A stretch of 52,045 nt of DNA. It comes from Nemertoderma westbladi. Its lineage: Eukaryota; Animalia; Xenacoelomorpha. This document shows, piece by piece, positions 22,915 through 36,472 of this stretch (position 1 is the stretch's first letter; the number at the start of each line of letters is the position of its first letter). Below the pieces are notes generated by a model. It worked only from the letters and a program-made list of their open reading frames with translations, was not told where the DNA came from and ran no database searches. Location of the stretch: positions 1 through 52,045 of the forward strand of contig JAUCBJ010001312.1 in assembly GCA_032718475.1 (NCBI GenBank), given 5' to 3'. The position numbers and the translations under genes were made by a program.

Positions 22915-25110
22915 AGCAGCCGGTAAGGCGTTTTTAGCCTATGCCTTGGTGGGATAAATATTTCTCCATTTGAGGCAACACCGCCGCGGCCGCTATGAGG
23001 GAGGTGAATACCGCGGCCGCTCCTAAAGCCGCAGGCCATTGCTAACTATATAGGTTAACTTGGGATTCTAGGGGACTTTTCGATGAAGGAATCGACCAAT
23101 TTATTTTATTTTCGCACCAGGGGAGCGACTCGGAATTCTAAGATATTAGCCACTCTAACATTAGCAAATCTATCCCCTCGACGGACACGGCGGACAAAAA
23201 ACCGTCATTTTTTTGACAATTTTAAAAATTTTTTGAAAGGCGCTCTACAGTGGCTCGAAAAAACCCTAGGTTATTGCTTAACCGACGCCGGGATACGATA
23301 GAAGGGATTAATTAGTGAATTCGTTTTTTTTTCAAAAAAGATTACCACGCCTTTTTCCCGAAATTGTCTGTCAAAGTTGAAAAAACGGACAAAATGGCTT
23401 TGCGGGATCCGCTCTGACTCGGCTAATATTAATCGTACGGGGACGAAATTAACGCGGTTGGAAAGGGGAAGAGTGGTACTACCTTCGTATCGAATGGGGG
23501 TAAGATATTTATTAATATTTCGGGTGGAAAAAGGGGCCGTAACTTTGTCCGTTTTTTCCATCTTTTTTACATAATTATTATTTCCAAAATTTTTAATTCG
23601 ACAACGCTAGTAGGAATCTGCCAATTCTTTTTCGGAAAGCGTAGAAGACCACAGGGGCTACATTCCTATCGAATGGGGGTACAAAAAATATGTAGGCAAA
23701 GGGGTCCAAAAAGGGCCAGAAAATAATAAAAAGTTTATAACTAACAACTTTTTTATTTTTGACTCTTGAAGGTTAAAGTACATTTTATACGGTTAATATC
23801 GATACGGGGAATCCAAATATTCGATTGGTTTTGCCGCGCAAACGATATTAAAAAAATTAGGGCCCAAATTATAATTTCACGCTTCAAACTCGCTTCGCGG
23901 GAACTCGTCTAGCTCGAAAAATACATAAGGTCTGGGAGACTTATTTAAACAGTCTTATAGAGCGTCAAATTATCTATCTTTCAACGGTAGTTACAGCGCC
24001 ATAGCTATTATATAACTGAAGCGGCAGACGATCGTGTGAAATATACTACTTATAAAAAAGGGACGAAAAATTTTTTTTTTAATAAATCGCCATTACATTA
24101 TAATTTAACTTTTTGCGCCAAAAGTTCCTGTAAAATGTAGCAAATTAACTCCACTATCTTTTTTCTTAACATTTATAATTAAAATAACGAGTTTTAAGGG
24201 TCGAAAAATATCGCGTAATTTTGGCCCTTTTTTTTCATTTTTTTTGGGGCCAAAAATACCCCCTCTCAAAAGATAGAAAAAAAAATTACGGCAAAGAATA
24301 TACCAATTTTATTGAATTTGGAGCACCAGAACCGAAATTTAGTCAAAAATTAAAAATATTTTTTTTTGCAAAAAATTAAGAATGGTCATATTGGGTTTCG
24401 AACCCACGAACTTAAGTATCGTTAACGTGATTGATTACCACTAGACTACGTGACCAAGATAATTTGAAATTTTCGAGTGATTATATTTTTAAACATCAAT
24501 AACTTCTGTTCTACTGGGCCGTTTGATCTGAAACTTTTTTCATTGGATAGAGGATAGATTGTAGTGTGTGAAATAGGATACAACTTGGGAAAAGACGCAT
24601 GTGCACTTAGTGCATAATGGACTTAAAAAGTACACATTTTTTCGATATTTCAAACACTATTATTTCCAGTTCCATTCATCGTAGAATGTTATTTTTTGGA
24701 TTAAAATGTAGTTTGGAGTGATTTCTAACTATAATCGTAACATTTGTTTAACTTTTTATGTATATAAAGTGACTTAAAATGCCCATGAATATGGTCCAAA
24801 ATCGCAAATGTCGCGATTTATTAAATTAGATTTTTTACACTTTTAGTGACTGACACTTGATCATACACCATCGTAGATCGGTAGAGGATAAACATAAGTT
24901 TGTTAAATAAGAACCACCATTACGATCTGCTGAAGTGCACTTGTACAAATAAGTGTGCAAAAGTGCAAATTTTTTAATAAGGTCAAATTATATAGCATTG
25001 GGTTCTTTTCTTTGCAGATACTTTATTTTCATATTAATATGTTGTTTGGCTCATACTGAGCGCATTAGGGATATGCGTACAAATAAGCGGCCCTTATTAA
25101 GGCTTCGATT
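22915..25110. mobile_element. Probable non-autonomous interspersed element (class uncertain, Helentron-like)
   Basis: CpG-rich non-coding block with GC-rich hairpin-prone ends, internal short repeats (tatcgaatgggggta twice) and an embedded tRNA-like sequence; boundaries approximate. Confidence 0.35.
24383..24455 (-). pseudogene. tRNA-like 73-nt sequence
   Basis: ggtcacg-tagtctagtggta...gtgggttcgaaacccaa-tatgacca: acceptor stem with one mismatch, A and B boxes; anticodon arm not canonical. Confidence 0.5.
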
Positions 25111-26420
25111 GGGTTAATAAATAAAACATAAGGTTGTAATATTCTAAAAAAACAGTGTGATATTAAATGCACTTTAAACAATAAATAGAGATCAAATAAC
25201 AAATGGACTACACAATTAAAAACTCGCACAATTTTGTACTTATTATATCGCTTCAAATTAATTTAACAGTGGATATTTGGGGGAAGGGGGAAGTTACAGT
25301 GTGCATTCGGGGGAAGTTTGGTGAACTGCATTTATGCAGTGAATCCAAACTTCCCCCTTTTAGATATCGTATACTTAAGACATGCTCGGTTGTCACGGAA
25401 ATAATTGTTACTGTCACACTTTGCTTCCATTTATCCTATCCTTTATTATTACCCCAGTCAGATAAGAGATAATAATAAGTAAAAACCAAACTAAACTGTC
25501 TTTCATGCAAACAAATTTCTAATTAAAGACGGGTGAATGACCATGACCATGGAAATAATTTTAAATATAATTGTATATAAACTATTTGGGGAGGCTTCCA
25601 AACCCAAAAACAATTATTTCGTTACATATAATATAGTAAATAACGTTGTATGTTCTTCTTCCTCTCATAATAAAATATATATGAAATATCTCAGATCGCT
25701 ATGCCCTGTAACATTTCACAACCAAAATGTTTCAGTGTGAAAAGTGTAGGCCTACCACACCCCGCCCAAACAGCCGCAAACGCATAGCCAACAAATTTAT
25801 CAAAAGTTTACATACATGTTGTGTTCATGACGAGATGAGTGAAAATTGATCGCGTAATATAAACTAACAAATTGAGAGTCGGGCCTGGCTCTTCTCCACT
25901 TTCTTACCCAATGGAAATGTTGTTGTTATAATCTAATATTGGGGCGGCTTTCTCTCGTATCCCATGTAGTAAATAAACTTAAACTTAACAACTTAACTTA
26001 ACTAACACTTTTATGAAATTGATTTATATATATGCAATGTTTCCTGAGTTTCCTGGTTTTACTTATTTTTATCTATTGCTGTTTTTACCGAATTATTATA
26101 ATTAATTATAATTATATATATAATAATTATAATTAGAAATAAATATATGCCCCTATGGGGCGCTTGCTTCTTGTTTCAAAAAATAAAATATGCTATATAT
26201 TACATTAGAATAATAATTTAATTAATTTCACAATTTTTAATCAATTAATAAACTTATATTCAATTTTGTAGGAATTCGTTCAATGATTAATAAAATACGC
26301 GGAGTATTTTATTACGCGGTGCGAATCCCCCCCCCCCCCCCCCCCCCCACAGTTCGTTCTGCTAATGGTCTAAACACCCCAGTGCTAATAGGGTTAAATT
26401 AACTTCCCTATTTCTTTCAG

Positions 26421-26540
26421 ATCCATGTTGGGGTGTTGATTGTGGGGTAAATGCTCATTGCGATGCGATTAGTGGATGGTGCGAATGCGATGACCCTATC
26501 AATCACGTAATGCTGGGAAATGGAAACTGTTTTGAAGATC
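26421..26540 (+). CDS. EGF-like domain exon of EGF/ShKT host gene
   Basis: tttcag|...|gtaagt, 120 nt, phase 1-1; PCWGVDCGVNAHCDAISGWCECDDPINHVMLGNGNCFED (6 Cys, CxC). Confidence 0.85.
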
Positions 26541-26719
26541 GTAAGTACCTATTAATTTATTTAATAAAAGCGAAGAGGGCGCTAAATTCCTGTAAGTGTA
26601 AGTAAAGCGTAATAATTATTTGTTTCCGACATTTATAGTTCAAACACATTTACGATACACATACAAACATTTGAAAAAGGGGCCAAATTATAAACATGAA
26701 TATTTATTTCGCATTTCAG

Positions 26720-26848
26720 CTTGCATTGAAGCTGCAGACCAATCCATATACTGTGTTGGTTGGTCTATGATCGGAGAATGCGATAACAACCCAGGATACA
26801 TGTATGTTGATTGTCAGGAGTCTTGCGACAAATGCGACGACGGTATAA
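26720..26848 (+). CDS. ShKT domain exon 1
   Basis: tttcag|...|gtaagt, 129 nt; CIEAADQSIYCVGWSMIGECDNNPGYMYVDCQESCDKC. Confidence 0.9.
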
Positions 26849-28188
26849 GTAAGTGATTATTTGCTTGCTTAGTTTGAATTTTTATTGTTGTAATAATTTA
26901 GGTCCTTGAAAAGACCAGAAAGTATAACAAGAATTTCAACAGTATACAGAATGTATTTACTGTTCATGAATACTGCCGTTTAAACATGGGACCATATTCA
27001 TAAACTTCTTAATACCGAGCTAATGCTAGTTCTCGGTTTTATCAACAGACAAGGAAAAAATGGTGTTCATGAATCAATCAATAAGATAGTACTGGTAATA
27101 AATATTCAGTATAGTATCGAACATTAGCACTGATCTGAACCAGTGTCTAGTGTTTAGTTCGGTTTAAAATACTGAAACAGATGTGGTACCGTTATTATTA
27201 TTTCCATTTTAATACTGTTATCTATCCCACGACCATTTCCCATAATATTACTAAAGTAAGTAAGTTGTCCAGTGTATAATTGTATGCTGGTCAGCACACC
27301 AGTCATAAACAGTATTGCTCAACCATGTCACGAATTTTGCCGGGTACCAGACTGGAGCCAGGTAAGGTAGATTGTGTGAGGAGCCAGTAATAACAGTAAC
27401 ATTAACCAGTTAACAGTACCGTTACTATAGTCCAGTAGTCTGTAGTACTGCCACTGCTCAATGCAGTACTCAGATGCTGTGCTGTAACCATTTACAGTTT
27501 AGGACATTAGACAGATTGAATTTGGAATTGATGGGCCACTACAATAATTTTAGCAATAAACAAAGCGGCCACGGGGGGGGGGGGGGGGGGGGAACCAATC
27601 CATTCATAAGGCAACCCAAGAATAAAAATGGTGGATTCGGTCGGCAACGAATCAGCCATTCAAGTAAGGGAAGTCTCACCCATAAACCACAGGGGAAGCT
27701 TAGGTGCAATATATTGTAGGCAATATAACATCCCTGTGTATTAAACAATGAACGGCCAGGTTTAGCAGCTGAACATTAACAGATGCCTCAAACGCTGAGC
27801 CAATCAGAGCCGCACCTTGTGAGGTCAATAGTGTAGATATAAACCAAAGTAATCCCATTATTAGTTTAGTTGTGTGTATTAATGAGGTGTGTTAGTGAAC
27901 TTACTTTTACTGGTCGGTTAGATATTACAAGAATCAATTAGTAGGCCTACAGTTAGCATCTGACATCAGTATATTATTAAGCTGGCAATTTATCATGAGT
28001 AAACTCAATCAACGAACAATATATATACAGTATTATAGTCTATCGAAACATCCGACTTTTATCACTGTATGAACCATCTATGCCTGGCTGACCGCGTAGA
28101 CGCGCGACACCCGCTTATGGTACGGCGAGCAGTCACACAACTCCATTACCATAACAAAGAGGATTGTCTTTAGTTGAAGAAAAATCGA

Positions 28189-28800
28189 TGGGTCGCAATT
28201 GACCAGGTGGCAATTGTCCGGGTCGCAATTGTCTGGGTCGCAATTGTCCTAACATCCCAATGTAGATAGTTTTGGCTTCCAACAGATTACTACAGTAGAT
28301 CTAGTAACAAATTTGCAGGTCGAGCTTAAAACCATTAGTACAGATCATCAGAATGCATTAGAAAGAATATCCTCACTAGAAGCATCATTGGATCTCATTT
28401 TAGCAGCTAATCTCAATAACAGTGAAACAAAAGCAAAAAGCATTCACTTAGGTACTGGCAGGAGCAAGCAGTAAGAAGATTGAGCAGAAAAAAGTTCCAA
28501 ACAAGAAATCAATGCCATTTAATAATCGCAACCATATGATCTTGATAAATATCATTGTATAGCATTGACAATTGCGACCCGTACAATTGCGACCCGGACA
28601 ATTGCGACCCGGAAAATTGCGACCCGGACAATTGCGACCCATAATTTTTATTTAAAAACATGGGTCGCAATTGACCGGGTCGCAATTGACCGGGTCGCAA
28701 TTGTCCGGGTCGCAATTGACCGGGTCGCAATTGTCCGGGTCGCAGTTGTCCGGGTCGCAATTGACCGGGTCGCAATTGTCCGGGTCGCAATTGTCCGAAC
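28189..28800. repeat. Inverted arrays of a 15-bp unit (gggtcgcaattgwcc), probably transposon subterminal repeats
   Basis: ~4 copies at 28189-28249, ~5 reverse copies at 28566-28641, ~9 copies at 28662-28797. Confidence 0.88.
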
Positions 28801-30957
28801 TCTAGTTGAATGACCTGAAATACGGCTTATATCATGGGATGTTAAAGCTTCTGTGACTAAAATGCAAATTTTATAGGGATAAGGTCTACTCCAAACAAAT
28901 AGAACTGAGTAAGTGTCTTCCCAAATTCCCACACGCCCCAATGTGTTAACTACCAATAGAAACTATTTTCTTTGTCCCAATACAGCTGGCCCTGGCTAAA
29001 AAGGTAAACAAGGACGCATGTAAGTTTTTCATTGGATGATGACATGATTGCGTATACTTCTAGGAATTAGCTAAGCTGGAAGTTCAGTGTTCTGCTTTGC
29101 TGATAGCAGAAGGGCATATTTTGCCGTTAACATCATGGCTTAGAAATGTGAAAGAATTATTATAGTTAATTACCAAAGCACTGGAGTACACTCACAGTAC
29201 TGAAATACCGCATGGCTGTATACACTGTAAATAACTAAACACTGATTATTGTTGTTTGTATATGATACTTGATAGTTCAATTTATGTAAAATATTGTTGA
29301 TGATATATGGAGATGCCGCTTAATCAATAACTCTCGAAACTTAACATATTGTTATTTATATCAAAGGAGGTAAGCTGTGGTGGGTAAATTAGTGACTCTG
29401 GTTCACCATCAATTGGTGTGCATGAGTATACATAGTATTTAATAGCCCCAATGTACATGTGCCTGCCAAACTCCTTATGAACAAAATTGCCTCAAGTCAG
29501 CAAATCAGGTCCCAGAGTGTATTTCAGTCGGGTCCCTTATACCACGCCCCTAAAGGGTGTGCAGGCTATGATTCTTGTTAACAATTACTGTAATTACTGT
29601 AAGACATACAGACCTGTTTGTTATCTAGAACGCAACATCTGAATGGGAACTGTTAATAATATCCCGTACATGAAAATAGTTGATAAGAATTATAAAGCGA
29701 GAATCAATCGAATGATACATAACCAGCCTAATTCTAGTAAGCCAATATATTTCAGGCTCCCTCACGGGTCATACGCCGTGCTAGTCGATTTATATCTGAT
29801 GTCAACAATTTTGGCAAAATTGAGCAAGATTTCTGTGATAATAAAAATTGATGGTGAAAATTATCGTAGTCTTAAAAGCGCGAACATGGGATCTAGGGTG
29901 GTAGTAGACTTGGTGTGAGTTGTTCGGACATGGGGGGTGTAGGTAGATACCAAGCGATAGTTTATAGACCACGAGGGATTACTGTTCAAATGAGTTCTAA
30001 TAGCGCTGGATCTAAGTGAAAACTGAGCTGGTTTCATCTTTAACTTCACATATATTGTTAATGATAGTATAGTACTAAGAACGTTACAGAGATAAAACCA
30101 GCTAATCTGTCTAGTCTCGTGCAAAGCAATGGCACTGCACAGAATGAATAGTAAATGTCGGTTTTTGTACCGTAATAACTATGCATTTGCTACGTACACC
30201 ATAGCGATAATGATGAACAACTGAAACTACAATATAAATCTGTATGTAATACTATATTTCTGCCACTTGCAAAGCGAGAGCTAACCTGTGATTGCCTTAC
30301 TGTAGTTAAATAAGTATTACTTTTAAAACTCAAATGTTGTGTAAATTCCTGCCTGTCACCTGTCATCAATCCCCTGTGCGCCATTTGGTTGGGATGGCGC
30401 AGATTAAGAGGGGGATTGAAGGGGAGAAACTTCCCCCCTTCTTTTATTTATGGTTAAATTTAATAAACACCAATTTTGTGATAGAATCGTTCAATTTTAA
30501 TTTGATTGTGAACAATTGACACATTGAACAATTGTGAACAAAAGACACACAATTGTGTTCTCTCTAAGCTACGGCACGAGTAGGCCTACAACACTCCTCT
30601 TGTTTACCATACTCCATAAAGGGATACATGAATAATCGAATGTAACATTATGTATCATACTGACTTAGTTACAATAATTATAGTAAGGCAGTTGCATCAC
30701 CAATATTATTTTTCTCTATGGAGTGTTCACAGTGATTATTTATTGCAAAATTATCTAATCATCACTATATTGTGAGGAACCGAGAGGTTACTTACTCTCT
30801 AAGAATTACTCGCTGACTGGCTGAGTGATCTTAGACTAATCATAAATCATTATGAAATAGTCACTATGAAATTAATGACACGAACTAAATAATTATTTTT
30901 CATTGGATCATTTTGAAAATGTTTCATTGAATTGTTTATTTTCCCATTTTTTTACAG

Positions 30958-31086
30958 TTTGTGTCGAAGAAGATGATCAATTTCCAGATTGTGCCGGATG
31001 GTCTACGATGGGTGAATGTACAGCGAATCCTGGCTTTATGTACAACAATTGCCAAACAAGTTGCGACAGATGTGGTGATGGAACGG
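30958..31086 (+). CDS. ShKT domain exon 2
   Basis: tttacag|...|gtaagt, 129 nt; CVEEDDQFPDCAGWSTMGECTANPGFMYNNCQTSCDRC. Confidence 0.92.
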
Positions 31087-31094
31087 GTAAGTTA

Positions 31095-31654
31095 GGGGCC
31101 GTCCAAGTATGACGTCAGCACTTTAGGGGGGGGGGGGGGGTTGGGAAAATCTGATGACGTGCTGATGAGGGGAGGGGAGGGGGTCAGCCAAAATCTGACG
31201 TCAGCATGTTCATTTAAAGGCGCTAGAAGAGATATAGCAGAAGAGTAAATAGCTTGCCTATTTTAATTGTTCGAAACCCCGGAAGGCCCTTAGCACGACC
31301 TTCTGTTTCAGTTACCAGTCACCATCTTTCAGTGATTAGGACGCGTGCTACTGGCGTACTGATGTACTGGGGTTCGTCTGAAAATGAAACATTAATCATA
31401 AGCTAATGATTGTTAAAGACTGCAGTACTGGTTCATTTAGGCCTATTATTAGCTTGTTTGTTTATTATCATTCATAAACTGCTGTCACATCAGGTAGAAG
31501 TATGTAAACGATAGGCTATCCTACTACAAATCTATACCTTCCTATATAGATAAGCTATGTAACTACAGCCAGCCCCCGTGCACCCCCCCTCCAATGCAAT
31601 ATAATACCTTTATCCTGCTGATAATAGTTTATTACAAATTTTTTTTTAATCTGA

Positions 31655-31707
<53 letters not shown>

Positions 31708-31791
31708 CAACGTCTATCTGATGACATCTGATTTAGGGGAGGGAGGTCAACATTTTGGGGAAAAGTGCAGACGTCATACTTGGACGGCCCC
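31095..31791. mobile_element. PIF/Harbinger-type MITE
   Basis: TIR GGGGCCGTCCAAGTATGACGTC / GACGTCATACTTGGACGGCCCC with TTA TSD (31092-31094, 31792-31794). Confidence 0.92.
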
Positions 31792-32072
31792 TTATTACAA
31801 AAAATGTTGTTTTCCGCTGGAATATGTATGTAGATATTCTGTAGATATTAGATGCTGTTCTAATCCCGCAGAATTCTATTAGATTCTGCGATACTAAATT
31901 CTGTACTTGTTATTCGTATATACAATAATATACATAATATATAATGTATACATAAACAATAAATATACCCAAATGCACTCCAAACAAACATGCTGTGAGT
32001 TTAAACCATCTCATATAAAATGAATAAATTATATATTAACTATTTTAAATGATATTATTATTATCATTATAG

Positions 32073-32201
32073 TATGCACTGAACTACCAGACGACAATTC
32101 GAACTGCGCAGGTTGGGCTGCTATTGGGGAATGCGCAGCCAACGCTGGTTACATGCACGTTCACTGTCAGACCAGTTGCGATTACTGTCAGGATGGTGGA
32201 G
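32073..32201 (+). CDS. ShKT domain exon 3 (absent from the ORF track)
   Basis: ttatag|...|gtaagt, 129 nt; CTELPDDNSNCAGWAAIGECAANAGYMHVHCQTSCDYC. Confidence 0.9.
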
Positions 32202-33988
32202 GTAAGTACAATATTGTTACATCAACAGAAGTAGCCGCCTGACTCTCCTTTAATTCACCTCAGAGGCTTATATTGATGAAAGGATATGTCAGTTTAAGTA
32301 AAATTACTGTAATCCCGACAAATTACACACAAACACTTTTTCTTACATTTTTTTCTTACATTTTTTTCTTACATTTTTTAAATAAACAATAAGATGGATA
32401 ATTTGCATAATAAAATGACATGGTTCTAGTTAGTAAGTAATGTGAACAATAGATTATTTCAACTCAATAATTAGCATCATGTATATCTGTAATCAATATT
32501 CAATGACGTCGATAATCAATACACAGTCATATGGAAATAGAAAATTACAAACTAACAAAATCACCTCCAAAAATATATCATTAAATAATGAGTATCAGCC
32601 CCCCCCCCCCCCCCCAAAAAAAAAAAATATAGGCCCTATCAATAAAATAAAGTAGGCCTAGATATATAACCTTATAATATGCTTGGCTTATTAATATCTA
32701 CCACTAATTCAGTTATCTATTTTCCTTGCTGATTATTCGAGACTTCATGATATAGTTCCCAATTTCCTTAAAGCATATTATATTCTGTACATCACCGATG
32801 CTCTACTGAAATGTTTTGGGCGGCCTGATAAAATTATTGGCTGAGCTTTTAGTCTTGATGTCCCATTTGTTTTCTTCTGTGAGGACATATCTCAATCTTC
32901 CATATTATTATGAGAAAACGGTGTTGTAGTTCATCTTGGAGGATAAGAAACCCCATTTAACCTTTACTATCTAGATTGTCAAATATGTTATTGGTTGAAA
33001 CTTTATCGGATAAAATGTCATCATATTGATTGTTACAATGCTGTTTTCCTAGGAAGTTCCCAGCTTGATTTACTTGTTAAAATTTCATATGATCTATGAG
33101 AGTTCATTTTGGACTGGTGTCTCATCAGTTTCTGATCCAGGTATTCTTTTCTGCCTGTACTACTGCTGTCCAACTGGCGACTGGTGTCTCTTCAGTTTCT
33201 GATGCAGGTACTGTTTTCTTTTCTGCCTGTACTACTGGCTTGTCCCACTGGCTTTGTTTTCTTTTTCATTTTTTAGCTTCGTTTTGGTTCTCGAATTTTT
33301 CCCTTTTTCAGTTGGCTTGAGATATGGTTGTTTACATTCATTAGTCGTTCTGTCATTTTTGTTTGGTGAATGCATTCCAAATTCTTCGACTATAGGTCTA
33401 TACGACATCTGAATCTCAAATCTTGAATTTTAGCTTCAAAAAATTATTTCTAATTCTTTGAAATTGATTTGCTTCCATAAACAAAGTCAACATCTTATGC
33501 CAATTCAGCAATATTACGTCTATTTGTTAATGTAATATATCACTCGTCATGTCTTTGAAAAGCAGTTTCTAAAACGAGTAATTTCTAAAACGTATAAAAA
33601 GGCCGTTAGCGATTTTTAAAATGTATCACATCCACATGGATTCTGTTGCTTATGATATCATTCTACCATTTTGATAAAGTCATCTGATGTTTTCACAGTG
33701 TCCATCCGGCTCATGTGATATGTTTGTTTTACCTGATCTTGTATTTGATATTGTTCTATTCCAGATTCAGATCTTCGATGTACATAATTCGCCTCATCTG
33801 TAGGTTAAATATCATATCAAGAGGATTGACGGATTGAACTTATTGTTAATCAAACACAAACTGGAAGTGAATTATCTGAAAATCCCCACACACTCTTTTA
33901 ACCAGCTTTTTTGTCAGCTTTCACTGATGTTTTCATGATGAACCCAGATTGCTGGAGAATTCAGAACTGTATATATGACCATACACGA

Positions 33989-35270
33989 AGTGGGGCCTTC
34001 GCGCAGCACGTGACTTAAATTTAATTTAAGTACTAATTCGAAAGTATTACTGTATTAGCAAATTTTAAGCAGATTTCGCCTAATCACTTTTTACCTCTTT
34101 CATTTCTATTCAGACATTTCTGACTCTAGCGGTATAGTGAGAACTGAAGATGGATTAGGGTTTCCAGCCCCACAAAGACACAGCCTATGGATGAATAGTA
34201 CATACGTACATCGGCCAAGTTTCATCTTGAATAACGGATAACGAAATGAGAGACGGATCTCACTTTCAGAAATTTCGTCGTATAGCGGCAGACCGATTAA
34301 ATCTCCCCCCCCCCCCCCCCCCCCCCACAAAGACGCAGCATGTGGTCCAGAATATATGGCAAGATTCAGCTTAAACTGATTAAAATCAATGAGACGGGAG
34401 AATCTATTCACTTTCAGGCATAAAGTAGTCCTATAGCGGGTGACTGTTGAACTGATTTTCAACAAAACAAATTTTCAACTTGGCAGCTTTAAATTCGACA
34501 AAGTTATAAGCATGTCAATATCATAACGACGACAACGATTTCACTTTCAGACATTTGGCCCTCTAGCGGCAGACTGGAGAACTGCAGATGGATTCGCCTC
34601 CTTTGAATGTCACAGCTAATGGTCTAATACATATCTGCCAAGTTTCAGCTTAAACGGATTAAAAGCAAAGAAATGGGAGGGCATTTAATGTTTAGACATG
34701 TGGCCCTCTAGCGGGAGACCATTGCACTGATGGTGTCTGAAAGTCTCTCAAAAATCTCAACTTTAGCTCATATTGATACCTACAAATTTTCCACTTGGCA
34801 GCTTTAAATCCGACAAAGTTATTAGCATGTCAAAATCGTAACGACGACAACGATTTCACTTTCAGACCTTTGGCCCTCTAGCGGCAGACTGGAGAACTGC
34901 AGATGGATTCGCCTCCTTTGAAAGTCACAGCTAATGGTCTAATACATATCTGCCAAGTTTCAGCTTAAACGGATTAAAAGCAAAGAAATGGGAGGGCATT
35001 TAATGTTTAGACATGTGGCCCTCTAGCGGGAGACCATTGCACTGATGGTGTCTGAAAGTCTCTCAAAAATCTCAACTTTTGCTCATATTGATACCTCAAA
35101 TTTTCAACTTGGCAGCTTTAAATCCGACAAAGTTATTAGCATGTCAAAATCGTAACGACGACGACGACGACAACGACGACGACGACGACAACTATTTGCA
35201 TAAATTGACCCACCCCCTAACAGTGTCAATTCGCTAAGGCTCCGCCAACTTCGTGGCTCGCCCCACATGC
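33989..35270. mobile_element. Non-autonomous element with 314-bp internal tandem units (Helentron-derived-like)
   Basis: Units start aattttc(a/c)acttggcagc at 34471, 34785, 35099; short subterminal inverted repeat gtggggc/gccccac; (gac)n tract and GC-rich 3' end. Confidence 0.6.
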
Positions 35271-36472
35271 TGTGTAGATTTGTTTGGCCAGGAAATTGTC
35301 GCATTCTGTGAGGTGATGTCCATTTAACCTTCTCTACAGGGGTAGTTGTCAAGGACATCGCAGATTGAGTTGATGATTATGTTTATACTAACAGAAAGAT
35401 AGAATTGTGTGTCATCATTCAGAGGATCCAGAATGTGCACTTCTGTTTTGAGTGGATCAGCAATGTTGCCTATATTGAAAGTTTGTTTTCTATTAATAAA
35501 TAAAGGCTGGACTTAAGTTATTGCTTACAGTTTAATTGATATTAACCATTTCTTCCAGCCAAACAACGGTACAACTGTACCTAGGTGGTGTTCCCCCTGT
35601 TTATATTTTATTCTTTAAAATTAAACTGAGTGTTTTAAATAAAATAAAACTTACAGACACGCTGAATGTGATGGTACACTACCAGTAGTACAACAATGTG
35701 ACACTTGATACTTTTACCAACACAGTAGAAATTCAAATTCAAAACAAACAGTAAAACTTATCGATCCGGTACAATAGGCCTACATGTTACTTCCGGCTAG
35801 CGGAACTATATTAAATTATCGAGAAGCAATATGGATGATGAAATCCCTGCCCATTAATACAGGTACCTATATTTTGTAGAAAATTATTACAATAAAAAGT
35901 ATATTACAATAAAAACAATATAACACATCAAATTGAAACTGGTTTCGAATGGCCTAATCGCATAGAAGTAACAATGTGGTATATTCTTGTATGTGGTACA
36001 TGCCCACAGTATATCCAAGTCACATCACTCCCACTGTAATGCGATCGTTTTCGATAGCGCAAATTTTTGCAAATTCAAAAATATTATAACTTTATTTCTA
36101 GTGAAAACTGAATTATTAAGAAAAAATAAAAAATATTTTTTTTCTATATATTTGGAAAATATACCGGATGTAGTAGAAAGTGCTACAATCTCTTACTGCA
36201 AATACTATCTCTGCAAATAAAACATCACAGATATGGATGTCCACAAATTTATGAAAGCTCTAGCACAAATTCAACTTTGTAATGCTGGATATTTTGCTTT
36301 TCCTGGCGTTACTTACAGGATGGTCCCAGTAACAACCACTACTGTAACGCTACTAGACTGAATATGAATCAAAGCAAAATATGACGTTTCTGTTTATTTT
36401 TTGAAATATGACTTTCAATTTTTCTCAATAAATAGGGATACATGGCCATTTGATGACAATGGCAGCAAAATG

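Noticed and set aside
21985-23574. Short ORFs 21985-22293, 22143-22328, 23083-23574
   Set aside because: Derived from tandem repeats or non-coding TE sequence; no domain signal.
28448-28956. RPGQL / VAIDR pentapeptide-repeat ORFs
   Set aside because: 15-bp DNA repeats open in multiple frames on both strands; no gene context.
29600-30330. Possible Penelope-like RT remnant
   Set aside because: Only vague resemblance; no diagnostic motif recovered.
32700-33960. Possible decayed minus-strand coding sequence
   Set aside because: Many stops and no recognisable motif.
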